From Escherichia phage FFH2: a stretch of DNA of 64,000 bases. Each line of letters begins with the position of its first letter. Position 1 is the stretch's first letter. The DNA lies in the sequence record KJ190158. One strand, written 5' to 3'. The notes under the pieces were generated by a model, which saw nothing but the letters and a program-made list of their open reading frames with translations, was not told the DNA's origin and did not search any database. Below are positions 49,390 to 58,480 of the stretch, piece by piece. The position numbers and the translations under genes are program-made.

Positions 49390-49661
49390 TACGCTTCCTC
49401 GTCGTCTAAGTAATCATCAAGAGAGGTGAAGATTTCACCGAAGTATTCTAAGATTTCTAGCTCACGTGTGGTGCAGCAAACATAATCGCCTTGGTCGTCC
49501 TTAATAGTGGCCTCTTTACCCAGAATATCTACTTCAAGTTCATCGTTCAACAGGACGGCCCCTGTGTAAACTTTGTCAGCTGTGCAGTCCCGAAAAGCAG
49601 AGTCCTTCTCCAGATAGTCTGGCTTAACCTTGGCTTTAATTCGTTGGTATTGTTTGGTCAT
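49389..49661 (-). CDS. hypothetical protein, paralogue of 49725-49979
   Basis: ATG 49661 is preceded by AAAGGGGA. KVKPDYLEKDSAFRDCTADKVY...KDDQGDYVCCT compares with LKPECVANDRAFKDCTVGAIY...KDDEGDSVWCT. Confidence 0.55.
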   Translation of the reverse strand: MTKQYQRIKAKVKPDYLEKDSAFRDCTADKVYTGAVLLNDELEVDILGKEATIKDDQGDYVCCTTRELEILEYFGEIFTSLDDYLDDEEA

Positions 49662-49683
49662 TGTTGTGGTCCCCTTTCGTTTT

Positions 49684-49721
49684 GATAGGACCATTGTATT
49701 AGGTCCTATCGCTGTTGTCAA
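49684..49721 (-). promoter_or_regulatory. sigma70-type promoter with its -10 box in the loop of a 9-bp inverted repeat
   Basis: Minus strand: TTGACA-acagc-GATAGGACC-taaTACAAT-GGTCCTATC. The spacer is 17 nt. Confidence 0.6.
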
Positions 49722-49724
49722 GTA

Positions 49725-49979
49725 TTAATGTTCAGGTTTTACAAAAACGACTTCATTAACAGTGCACCAGACAGAGTCTCCTTCATCATCTTTAAAGGTA
49801 AGGCACTGTGCTGAGTTTTCCAGCTCATCGATCTCTTCTTGTGATAAAGGGGCCCCTTCTTCCAGAAGGGCTTTTACCAGAGGGTTCTCACAAAACTCTG
49901 CTTCATAAATTGCACCGACTGTGCAATCTTTAAAAGCTCGGTCATTTGCAACGCATTCTGGCTTCAAAGTAATTTTCAT
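49725..49979 (-). CDS. hypothetical protein
   Basis: 84-aa ORF with an AAGGAGA SD. Confidence 0.55.
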   Translation of the reverse strand: MKITLKPECVANDRAFKDCTVGAIYEAEFCENPLVKALLEEGAPLSQEEIDELENSAQCLTFKDDEGDSVWCTVNEVVFVKPEH

Positions 49980-50055
49980 CTTGGCAGTCTCCTTAGTTAT
50001 TTAAAAATCACCGATCTGTTTGTGTGAAGCATCTTATATCTAATCTTACTTCTTG

Positions 50056-50427
50056 TCAATGGCTATTTTCAATCAGCCACACAGGGTCGAGGTAAATTTG
50101 TTGGCGTGTTGCCCAATGACAAACTTCATTGTACATCTGAATCTCTTTGTCCGTCAGTTCACGAATAGGCTCATCTATACCCTCATTTTTGTGGTAATCC
50201 CAGTCGGCATCGATTTCCCACAGCCATGACTTGTTGTCACCACGCTTACGCACACAGAAGTCACCGGGACGGCCTGCCAATGCATTTAAGAACTCGTTCT
50301 CCGCTCGCTCTTGGAGAATACTAAGGAGCAAAACGTTAGAACATGACCGTAGAATATGCTTCAGCTCACAATCATCAATCTCAACTTCAATACGTTGTTT
50401 GACTGTGTGGGTACCTTTTACTAACAT
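50056..50427 (-). CDS. hypothetical protein
   Basis: ATG 50427 is preceded by TAGAGGAGGTAGG. Confidence 0.55.
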   Translation of the reverse strand: MLVKGTHTVKQRIEVEIDDCELKHILRSCSNVLLLSILQERAENEFLNALAGRPGDFCVRKRGDNKSWLWEIDADWDYHKNEGIDEPIRELTDKEIQMYNEVCHWATRQQIYLDPVWLIENSH

Positions 50428-50437
50428 CCTACCTCCT

Positions 50438-50632
50438 CTAAACGAACTCTGCAAGGGTTGTGTTGTTCACTGCACCGCAGTAAATGGAGTATCCCAGCCC
50501 ATTAGAGTGCAGAAACCACGGCGTTCCGAAATTATCTTTCACGTAGACATCGCCGTTGCTTGTAAAGGGCCAATATTCTTCGCCAAGGGTAAAATACCTA
50601 CTCATACCTTCAGCAAGATACTTTACTTTCAT
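50438..50632 (-). CDS. small paralogue family B member
   Basis: ...GEEYWPFTSNGDVYVKDNFGTPWFLHSNG... shares the G..Y....(I/V)KD..G..W(F/Y)L pattern with the next two genes. Confidence 0.55.
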   Translation of the reverse strand: MKVKYLAEGMSRYFTLGEEYWPFTSNGDVYVKDNFGTPWFLHSNGLGYSIYCGAVNNTTLAEFV

Positions 50633-50856
50633 AGGTCCTCTTCTACAGCTACAAACTTGGCAAGCAGGGTGGTTCCGTAGATATGATACTCACCGTTTGC
50701 CAGATGGGAGATAAACCAGGCAATCCCTTCCTCGTCTTTAATCATCTTGTTTGCACGATTTTTATCGTAATAAACCTCGTAGGTCTTTCCTTCTTTAAAG
50801 AATGACAGGTCTGTCATCTTTTCTTCTACAAAAGTAGCTTTAACCAAAGTTGTCAT
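50629..50856 (-). CDS. small paralogue family B member
   Basis: ...EGKTYEVYYDKNRANKMIKDEEGIAWFISHLANG... Confidence 0.55.
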   Translation of the reverse strand: MTTLVKATFVEEKMTDLSFFKEGKTYEVYYDKNRANKMIKDEEGIAWFISHLANGEYHIYGTTLLAKFVAVEEDL

Positions 50857-51137
50857 TGATCGGTCTCCTTCTTGTTAAGTCTGAATACTGCAATAATAAC
50901 ATTCCCAAGGTGCAGTGTCAAATCATTTCCAAGATACCACAACATTCCACGGTCATCTTTGATGAAAGGGTAACAATCTGGTGCCTTCCAGACATTGTAC
51001 ACTTTCCCAACCTGAAAGAAATCAGGCCCTGTTGGGATTTTGGTACCAGGCCACACTTGAGATACCTGAACACACTCCACCTGCATAATAACAGGGATAG
51101 TCATAGATGTAAATGTTTTTGTTGGTTCTACTACCAT
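50853..51137 (-). CDS. small paralogue family B member
   Basis: ATG 51137 is preceded by AAAGAGGAGA. ...VGKVYNVWKAPDCYPFIKDDRGMLWYLGNDL... Confidence 0.5.
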   Translation of the reverse strand: MVVEPTKTFTSMTIPVIMQVECVQVSQVWPGTKIPTGPDFFQVGKVYNVWKAPDCYPFIKDDRGMLWYLGNDLTLHLGNVIIAVFRLNKKETDQ

Positions 51138-51186
51138 AAAAGTCTCCTCTTTGCTCAACAACACTTCCATGTGTTGATAGTTTACA

Positions 51187-51540
51187 TTAGTGACAATCAC
51201 CCCAATTACGACCACACAAGTATTCACCTGTGATCTGGAACGGGACTCCCATCATTTTAGAAGCTTGCCAGAAGCAATGTACCACCATTTCGCCCACAGG
51301 ACTCCAGATAAGTTCAAGCTTTCCGTCATCGTTCAAGATAGGATCGTACACCGTGTTTCCGTCTCTGTCAACCACTTCGTTTCCGTCCTCATCCTTGCGT
51401 GCCTTTTTGTACTTATGACCGTCGAACACATGAAGTTTGGCCTCCTGCTCTGCCTTAAATGCTTCCAGTTCTTCGATTGTGTCGAAGGTGTACACAGTCT
51501 TATACTTCGGTGTGTCAGGGACTTGAAGCTGATATTCATC
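51187..51540 (-). CDS. DNA polymerase (family A, T7 gp5-like), exon 2
   Basis: It begins DEYQLQV..., completing motif C (YYH|DE). It ends ...GRNWGDCH, like the T7 polymerase C terminus ...GPNWAICH. Confidence 0.85.
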   Translation of the reverse strand, partial: DEYQLQVPDTPKYKTVYTFDTIEELEAFKAEQEAKLHVFDGHKYKKARKDEDGNEVVDRDGNTVYDPILNDDGKLELIWSPVGEMVVHCFWQASKMMGVPFQITGEYLCGRNWGDCH

Positions 51541-52383
51541 CATCTGTTCAGGTAGGTCGTTAAGCTACCCCGCACCATTACGTGCATAGCCATACAGTTT
51601 CCTGTATGGATCGGACTACCTCACTGCCTTGGTAACAAGGCACCTCCCATTTCGACCGCACTTGCTGGCCTACTCTACTCGCTTCTTCACACCAACCTAT
51701 GTTGGAGCTATGCTTTCGATAGTCTCTGAACGTTACTACCAGGTGTAGTTTTTAGAGATATGTTTCCACTGTCTTCTTTGCTTTATAGCCCTGACGGTCT
51801 CATAAGGATATCCAAGATCCCTAATCTCGCATTGTCGTAGACCACTCTGCAACAGTTCGCAAATCTCTATTACCTCATCTTCTGTCAGCACAGCGTTAGC
51901 ATTATACTCACCAACTGGCCTTACTCTGAGGTCATTATCATAGGCGTGCTTGATATTTCCACCAGGGGTGGTCCATTCTAGGTTCCAGTATGCATTGTTG
52001 TACTTATTCCCATCCTTATGGTTCACCCATGTGAGTCTTTCAGGATCTGGGTTTGATACAAAGCATTCAGCAACCAGGTGGTGGACACCTTTTGTGCACT
52101 GCTTCCCCTCGATTAGCATGGTTACGCAAAGGTAACCTCTACCATTATCAAAACAAAACATTGTTGTATGATCACGTTTCGATAAAGGTATTGTTCCATC
52201 ATCAAACACGGTATACCCGTGATAATCAGCTGTTCTAGCCATTTTAACTACACCCCTTTAGTCTTCGCTGCGGATTAGCATATTGAGCTTTTACCATACT
52301 CAGGTGTAAAAGTCAACTTAGCTTCCCCGTCAATTAAAGAGGTTATTCGACATAGATTACTCTATGAAGCCACAATGTTATTT
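51541..52383 (-). mobile_element. Group I intron in the DNA polymerase gene carrying an HNH ORF
   Basis: Minus strand: exon 1 ends ...UACCAU, which can pair with the intron UGUGG (U.G at the splice site). The intron ends ...ACAGAUG. P7 candidates are GACUA (5' part) and UAGUC (3' part). About 135 nt and 195 nt of GC-rich noncoding flanks surround the HNH ORF. Splicing restores the HDE of pol A motif C. Confidence 0.8.
51736..52242 (-). CDS. HNH homing endonuclease (intron-encoded)
   Basis: WVNHKDGNKYNNAYWNLEWTT is an HNH motif. The C terminus has an HTH-like region (LRQCEIRDLGYPYETVRAIKQRR). Confidence 0.85.
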   Translation of the reverse strand: MARTADYHGYTVFDDGTIPLSKRDHTTMFCFDNGRGYLCVTMLIEGKQCTKGVHHLVAECFVSNPDPERLTWVNHKDGNKYNNAYWNLEWTTPGGNIKHAYDNDLRVRPVGEYNANAVLTEDEVIEICELLQSGLRQCEIRDLGYPYETVRAIKQRRQWKHISKNYTW

Positions 52384-54807
52384 ATGGTAATAAATAATAC
52401 GACGAACACCTTCATCGTACCACCCACGCTTCACCATTTGGTGGTGCATGAGTATCCCAACTAAGTCACACAACGATGCACCACCATTTTGTTGGTATGC
52501 ATTAAGTAAAGAGTGTTTAGATCGGGTCCAGATGGCATGACCATCAAAAGAGTAGATAAACTTCTTACCCGTTGCTTCCCAGAATTTCTCCAGATCCTCT
52601 TTACGGCCCTTAAGACCAGGGTTGGCATCCCAAAGCGCATCGATTACCCTTTGTCCCAACTCTGGAGAGATGTCCAGCATATCTGCAACTTTATCTTTTT
52701 GTGCCCCGTACATAACCCCATACGTGATAGGTTTACCGTCGTTACGGGACACCTCTCTGCCTGCTACTTTTGTATATGCCTCAGCATTGTTTTGGTGTGC
52801 GTCTCCGTTACTTACAACATCATAATACAAGCCGTTGTCGAACTCAAAGGCACCCCAAGCCCCGATAAGCTGCTCTAAGTTGGACCCGTCAATACCGATC
52901 TCAAAGTATCCAGGAGGAACACCCCACAGACTACGCATCTCTTTACCCATAACCACTTTAGGAGATGGTTTAGGCATGTTTGCACAAATACTGTGTTTCT
53001 GTCTGGAAGTGTTTGTTAATCCAGAGCTTTTAGCAGGAAGCTTATGGTCAATCTTCAAACGTGGGTGATTAAGAAGACCAGTGTCAACCTTATCCTCCTT
53101 GATTGGATCAAGTACCGATCTGCGGTTTCGCAATGATAACCATAAGACGATATCTTTAGCCATCTCTCCGTTCAATTTTTCAAGATTCGGACACAGGTGT
53201 CCAAACGTATCTTTCAGTTGCGGAGAAGTAATAAGTGCCCTAGCTTTTCTACGTATTTTCCCGAATACTTCCTTTTTAATCCTTTCGGAGTTAGGAAAGC
53301 TTCGGAACTTGTGCACTGTTGTCTGAAACTTAGCATCAGTTTTGTTCCAGAAGTTGATAATTAGGTCACAATACTCTGACTCTAAAAGCTCGTCCATGTA
53401 TGCATATACTCGTGCATCAACATCTGCATCAGGTAGAGCTTTCTTCTTGCTGTCTTTAGTTACATCCTTAGTTCTCCACATTGTCGGAAGCCAACCAGCA
53501 CTGATCAGGTATCGCTTAATGTCGTCCTGATTGCTGATTTTCATAGGTATCTTGCAGTCAGGCATTCGCTTCTGCTGCAGATCGCTTATTGCCTGATCCA
53601 TCAGCTCTTTAGGCAAAGGTTGTGGTGTGGAGGTGCCCTTAATATAGCCTCTCAAGAAATCAGCCATCTTATCGTGGTCTTTGCAGCCCATCTCTTCACA
53701 CCATTTTATCCCCATTTTACTGACATCTCCTGTGGAGGTAAATGCTCGCTTAGGTGGGGCTTTGAACTCTAAAGCGCTCATGTCTACAGGATAGCCAAGC
53801 TTATCTTTTAACCATTTCCAACCATTATTGGAGATTGTCCCATCTTGGTTAAACGGCTTTTCAGGGAACTTGGGCCGCTGAGACATTGACAGCTCTTTTA
53901 AAGGTAGTTGTGGTTCAACACGATCAGCTATTTCTTTCATCCACGCATCGCAACGGTCACGTAAAGCAATAGCCCCGTCTATGTCGAAATACACACCCTG
54001 ACGGGCCTGCAGCTCCATCAGGAAGTGCTGCAGCATGCCTCGACGTAGTGCGTTCTTCCAGGTGATCTTCTTGAACCCTTTCGGCTTCTCTTTGGCTGGA
54101 TCGTACATAAAGTTCTGCATGTCAGATTTGCCGTAGAATACACCTTTTGATTCCGCTACCAGCTCTTTCCAGAGCAGCTCCTGGATGATAACGTCCTCGA
54201 ATACACGATCCACATACTTCCACAACGGAAGATCGCGCCAGTCATCAATTTGAACTTTCTGGTTACCAAGGGCGTAGCCCCATGCCATAAGGCCGTGAGG
54301 ACCAACAGGCTGCATTTTCTTAGTAACCGGGTTGAATACAGAGTCCGGACAACCTTTTGGTAAAGGGCGATCAGGCCACAAGATTCGGCTCATCGCCAAC
54401 GTATCAAACAGGTTAACCTGGTGGTCGTTGATAGTCCCCATACATTTAGGATCACGGAACATATCAAAATGAATACCGGATAATCTCTCCATCAGCATAA
54501 AGTCATAACTGTAGCAGTTATGGCAGTTCAAAGCTGTTGGTGACCAGTCGGAATTGCCTGTAAGCCAACCCTCCAACTCCGAAAAATCTGCTATGCGAAC
54601 TTCAAAATCCTTATAAAGAGTTTTCTTTGCCAGAATAAAGTTCTTAGCCTTCTCTATATCCTCCTCGGAGTAGTGTGTGCGGTCATTTAGAGGAAGGAAC
54701 AGCATAAAACGGTTCTTATTCAGCTCTTTAAACAGGCCGCAATGATAATAAAGATCTGGGTCTTCCAAAAGCCCTGAGGCCTCCAGATCGAAGCACCAAT
54801 TACTCAT
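52384..54807 (-). CDS. DNA polymerase (family A, T7 gp5-like), exon 1
   Basis: N-terminal 3'-5' exonuclease motif WCFDLEASGL (DxE). Polymerase motifs follow (DGSNLEQL region, KPITYGVMYG motif B-like). As a plain ORF it stops one codon after ...IIYYH, inside motif C. Confidence 0.9.
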
Positions 54808-55538
54808 ACTGTCTCCTCCTGTGTCTTCTCAGCATTCTTTCTTGCAGCTATTGCATCGTCCCTGTTCTTGAAATACCCAAGGCATTTCCTTTTACCATCT
54901 ACATGAATTCTGGCTACCCATCTTTCATGGGTTTTATCCCAATTCACCCCTGAGCAACCGCTGGTGTTATTATACTGCACGGCTCTTCCACTCTTGTGCG
55001 AAAAACCATTATCTTCGAAGAACTTTCTTGCCCACTCTGCCTCTTCAAAAGTTCTGTACTGGCCTAGCCAGACCCTTTCACCTACAGAGTCTGTGCCTTG
55101 AGCTACCCATGCCCCTCTTTCTTCAGAATAGTGCACCCCGACCCTGCCAGATTTGTTGTTGCTACGAGGTATCTTGCAACTTTTCTTTTTGTTATCTGTA
55201 GGTTCGAGTAGTTGCAAATTATGAATACTGTTGTCAGCCACACCACCTGTTTCCCTTATCTCCTTGATGTGGTCAACCTCATACCCTTCCGGTACAGGAC
55301 CGTTAAACATTTCCCAGATTATAACGTGGGCACCTTTAGTGCAATGCTTTCCTAGACTAACCACAGGCCTGCCATCAGCATCTTGCCCCTTGTCAGCTCT
55401 GGAGCCTGCTGAAGTTTTAACATATCCTACACCGCTGCCTGCCAGAATGTCTATCTTCCAAAAAAGATTTTGACCGTCATACTCCAATATTTCTGACCAC
55501 AAGTGATTAGCTACACAGTGATCTCTGAACTCGTTCAT
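54804..55538 (-). CDS. free-standing HNH endonuclease with two AP2 DNA-binding domains
   Basis: EVDHIKEI...NSIHNLQLLEPTDNKKKS is an HNH motif. Two AP2-like repeats follow (SGRVGVHYSEERGAWVAQ...LGQYRTFEEAEWARK and SGCSGVNWDKTHERWVARI...LGYFKNRDDAIAARK). Confidence 0.8.
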   Translation of the reverse strand: MNEFRDHCVANHLWSEILEYDGQNLFWKIDILAGSGVGYVKTSAGSRADKGQDADGRPVVSLGKHCTKGAHVIIWEMFNGPVPEGYEVDHIKEIRETGGVADNSIHNLQLLEPTDNKKKSCKIPRSNNKSGRVGVHYSEERGAWVAQGTDSVGERVWLGQYRTFEEAEWARKFFEDNGFSHKSGRAVQYNNTSGCSGVNWDKTHERWVARIHVDGKRKCLGYFKNRDDAIAARKNAEKTQEETV

Positions 55539-55596
55539 AAAGTGTTCTCCTTAAAGGGGAGGCGGTTGTACTACCCCTCCCACTCTTTGTTAAACA

Positions 55597-57675
55597 TTAA
55601 AAAGGTGTTTCATCATCCTCAAAACCAGGGACCGGATCAGAGGATGGATCATCGTATTGGAGGTCTTCCTGCGTGTCAATAGGCTTGACAGTGGGTGTTA
55701 CAACCTTATCAGCCACAACCTTGCCCATAGGTGTTTCTACAACTGCATGCTCTTGATCCTCAAACATAGCCTGAGGTCTCCAAACAACCTCCCCACCTTC
55801 TCCGTCTGTAAACATTTGCATTTCTTTGTCCCAGTACCAATTACTGGCATCATGGAACTTACCTGTGTGCGGGTCCATAACTAAAGTGTCAGCAATACCT
55901 AAAGTTTTTGCTGGACGGTTCTTAAGACCTACCAGACGGACACGTCCACGAGAACGATCCACCATTTCTTCGGCCTCGACACCTATGACTACCCAACTCA
56001 ACTGTTCAAGCCCAGCCGATCCTCGCAAATTCTCTTTTCGCACAGGATACCAGAAAGGTAACGGGTTACCATCTTTGTCCTTAGGAGGCACAATCTCTGT
56101 ACGTTTGAGGTGAGCGATCACCAAGATAAACACGTTAAACTGCTTACAAAACGCAGCCAGTTGGGTCATAGCCATGTCCAGTTCTTTTCGCTCATCCTTA
56201 ACATTAAGCCCTGAAATTACCATGGACAGGTGATCCAGCACAATATAACGACAATAGTACAGGCAAACCATTTGCTTAAGCTTGGTAATCAACTCGTCCA
56301 CCGGAATAGACCCGAAATGTTTGAACACTTTGATTTTTCCAGCTTTTGCCCATGATTGGTGAATCTCTGCGTGTTCTTGATCAGTTAAAAACTGGCTAGG
56401 ATCTTCAACAAACTCTTTAACATCAAACCCTAACTGGTTTGCATACAAGGAGTTAATTGCTTCCTCTGGATCCTCCTCAAGATGGATCATGCATAGACGA
56501 TCATCCTCTTCATAGTCATCGGCCTTCGGGCATGTCGGGTCCATTAAGTATCTTGCAATACAGTGTTCCAGTTTTTTAGCCACGGTTGTTTTACCGCCGC
56601 CTGATGGACCTGTAAGCATTACGAGTGTCCCTTTGTGCAAGCCTTTTAGCATTTTTTGCAGTTTTGGGAACTCTGCACTGATATCTACCCCGTTGGAAGT
56701 CTTTTTCCGCAAAGACTCGATAGAGAAGTCTTCTAAATCCGACACAGCATCAGGCACATATTTAACAGGGTGCCGGAACATGTTGACAATATCTTCCAGC
56801 TTTTTAGCCTTCAGCATGTCTCGGATATCTTTTACACCGTCAGGGTCATTTACTTCACCAGGGTATTCTACGTGGTAAACGTTATCAGCCATCAAAAATG
56901 CTGCGATATTGTGCGTGGCCTCAACACCTTTAATGACGTGTTTTTGCTTCTCTACCTCGTTAGCTGCATCGTTATCCATTGCCAGCACAACTGTTCCATA
57001 GCTACGGATAAACTTCTCATTGTTTGCAAAAGTATCTACTGCGTTTGCACATCCACAGTTAATTCCAACAAAAGGCAGGCAGGGTTTTCCTGCCAGATCA
57101 CCACCGTTGATAACTGCGTCGATCCCGTCCTGGACCTCTTTAGCCCACTGCTTCACCTTTGCCGGGGCTTTAGCGTTGGTGAGAATCCCTTTTACTTGTA
57201 TCTGATATGCAGCCTGCCATGCTGCAATAACATCACCTTCTCCCTCACAAACGTTAATCTGCTTACGGTTGTTGGAAGATGCACACAGCTTTTGACCAAA
57301 CATCTGGGAGTTGGCCTTTACGATGCCAACAACGGAGAAATGGCCCCTTTGCTCTTTAGGAATAGTCCAGTCACGCTTTTTGAAACCAGACAGATTTCCG
57401 TAGCGGTCGTAATATGGGAAATATGTTGCAGTGACTGTCACACCGTCTTCTTGGGACAATGCTGATCGCACACCAAAATATTGTGCAGCCATCAGACCGA
57501 TATTTTGTTGTGGGACAGGGACAATTTTAGTATTTTCTAAAACAGTCTCTACAGTTTCAACTTCTTTTTCATCACGATAGTCTCGTTTCACACTTCCCCC
57601 ACTTTTATACTTAGTTGCTTTCGGGTTTGGCTCACCGAAACGGTTGTATGCAGATGCCATAAATTTACTTCCCAT
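55597..57675 (-). CDS. bifunctional primase-helicase (T7 gp4-like) without an N-terminal zinc ribbon
   Basis: TOPRIM (NVCEGEGDVIAA ... VLAMDNDAAN), Walker A (LTGPSGGGKTT) and Walker B (YIVLDHLS). Acidic C-terminal tail ...GFEDDETPF. There is no Cys in the first ~128 residues. Confidence 0.9.
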   Translation of the reverse strand: MGSKFMASAYNRFGEPNPKATKYKSGGSVKRDYRDEKEVETVETVLENTKIVPVPQQNIGLMAAQYFGVRSALSQEDGVTVTATYFPYYDRYGNLSGFKKRDWTIPKEQRGHFSVVGIVKANSQMFGQKLCASSNNRKQINVCEGEGDVIAAWQAAYQIQVKGILTNAKAPAKVKQWAKEVQDGIDAVINGGDLAGKPCLPFVGINCGCANAVDTFANNEKFIRSYGTVVLAMDNDAANEVEKQKHVIKGVEATHNIAAFLMADNVYHVEYPGEVNDPDGVKDIRDMLKAKKLEDIVNMFRHPVKYVPDAVSDLEDFSIESLRKKTSNGVDISAEFPKLQKMLKGLHKGTLVMLTGPSGGGKTTVAKKLEHCIARYLMDPTCPKADDYEEDDRLCMIHLEEDPEEAINSLYANQLGFDVKEFVEDPSQFLTDQEHAEIHQSWAKAGKIKVFKHFGSIPVDELITKLKQMVCLYYCRYIVLDHLSMVISGLNVKDERKELDMAMTQLAAFCKQFNVFILVIAHLKRTEIVPPKDKDGNPLPFWYPVRKENLRGSAGLEQLSWVVIGVEAEEMVDRSRGRVRLVGLKNRPAKTLGIADTLVMDPHTGKFHDASNWYWDKEMQMFTDGEGGEVVWRPQAMFEDQEHAVVETPMGKVVADKVVTPTVKPIDTQEDLQYDDPSSDPVPGFEDDETPF

Positions 57676-58429
57676 TAATTCTGCTCCTTACTACAGGCTC
57701 GTTTGCTAAGAATACGGCTTTTGCCCAGCCACGTGGTGTGAGGCTTCGGATCATCTTCGTTCTTGCACTCTTTCCACCCAGCTTGGCGTGTTGCATGGAA
57801 TACCCGCTAACCGCGTCAACTATTTGCGGGACAGGTTTTGTGGCCGGGATTATAAATCCATTACCTATCCAGCCGCAAGTTATTTTTGGATAGGCATCAC
57901 GTGGAGCTATAAATTCAGGAAACCAGGGGTTTACATCATCCTCCGGTAAATACCCGCCATAGTCAGAAGGGTGAAAACGGTAATCAGGTTTGCGCCACAG
58001 TGTGGACATAACACCCACAGGATTCTCTACATGCCACGGGCAATCGTAAATCTCTCCCAACTCTTCTGCAACCCGAGCATCCTTTACAGCATTAATCTGG
58101 ATCAGCGGGTCCTTAGCCAGCTTCTTCTTAAAGTGTGCAGCACCTGACACCGCTAAGTGGGTGCACGGAGGAAATGCAAGAACAAAGTCCGGAGCGGGGT
58201 ACATGCAGAAAGTTTCCTGAGGGAACCATGGATCAATCCAATAATCTACATAGTGAATATTTGGATGATCGGTGATCACCTCTGCATAACTGCCGTGGTC
58301 AGCACCTTCTGCATTAAAGCACAGGCACAGGTACCCAGCTTTTGCCCAGTCAATAACTGCACCACCAGACCCGTCAAATAGGCTCCACACAACACCTTTG
58401 TGGTAGTGTTCTTTGTAGATGAATTTCAA
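57665..58429 (-). CDS. DNA (cytosine-5) methyltransferase-like enzyme
   Basis: LFDGSGG (motif I FxGxG), FPPCTHLAVSG (motif IV PC), HVENPVG (motif VI ENV-like) and IRSLTPRGWAKAV (R-x-L-T-P-R). The start is set at TTG 58429 (AGGAGA upstream) because the longer ORF starts inside the terminator. Confidence 0.7.
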   Translation of the reverse strand: MKFIYKEHYHKGVVWSLFDGSGGAVIDWAKAGYLCLCFNAEGADHGSYAEVITDHPNIHYVDYWIDPWFPQETFCMYPAPDFVLAFPPCTHLAVSGAAHFKKKLAKDPLIQINAVKDARVAEELGEIYDCPWHVENPVGVMSTLWRKPDYRFHPSDYGGYLPEDDVNPWFPEFIAPRDAYPKITCGWIGNGFIIPATKPVPQIVDAVSGYSMQHAKLGGKSARTKMIRSLTPRGWAKAVFLANEPVVRSRINGK

Positions 58430-58445
58430 TTTGCTGTCTCCTAAT

Positions 58446-58474
58446 GCAAAAAGCCCCACCCTTTCGGGCAGGGC
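58446..58474 (-). terminator. rho-independent terminator (same stem-loop as at 46733)
   Basis: Minus strand: GCCCTGCCC-gaaa-GGGTGGGGC followed by TTTTT. Confidence 0.75.
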
Positions 58475-58480
58475 CTAATG

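Noticed and set aside
51187-51543. The 118-aa ORF treated as an independent small gene, with the polymerase as a truncated gene ending ...YYHK.
   Set aside because: Its first residues after Met (DEYQLQV) complete polymerase motif C, and its end matches the T7 polymerase C terminus. The intervening segment has intron features.
56770-57465. Long plus-strand ORF (231 aa) and many other 60-140-aa ORFs antisense to nrdA, nrdD, the polymerase, the primase-helicase, SSB and the helicase (for example 13248-13673, 5486-5905, 47103-47483, 61772-62242, 62376-62804).
   Set aside because: They lie entirely inside strongly supported genes on the opposite strand. They lack SD sequences and have low-complexity or Cys/Leu/Ser-rich composition typical of antisense frames.
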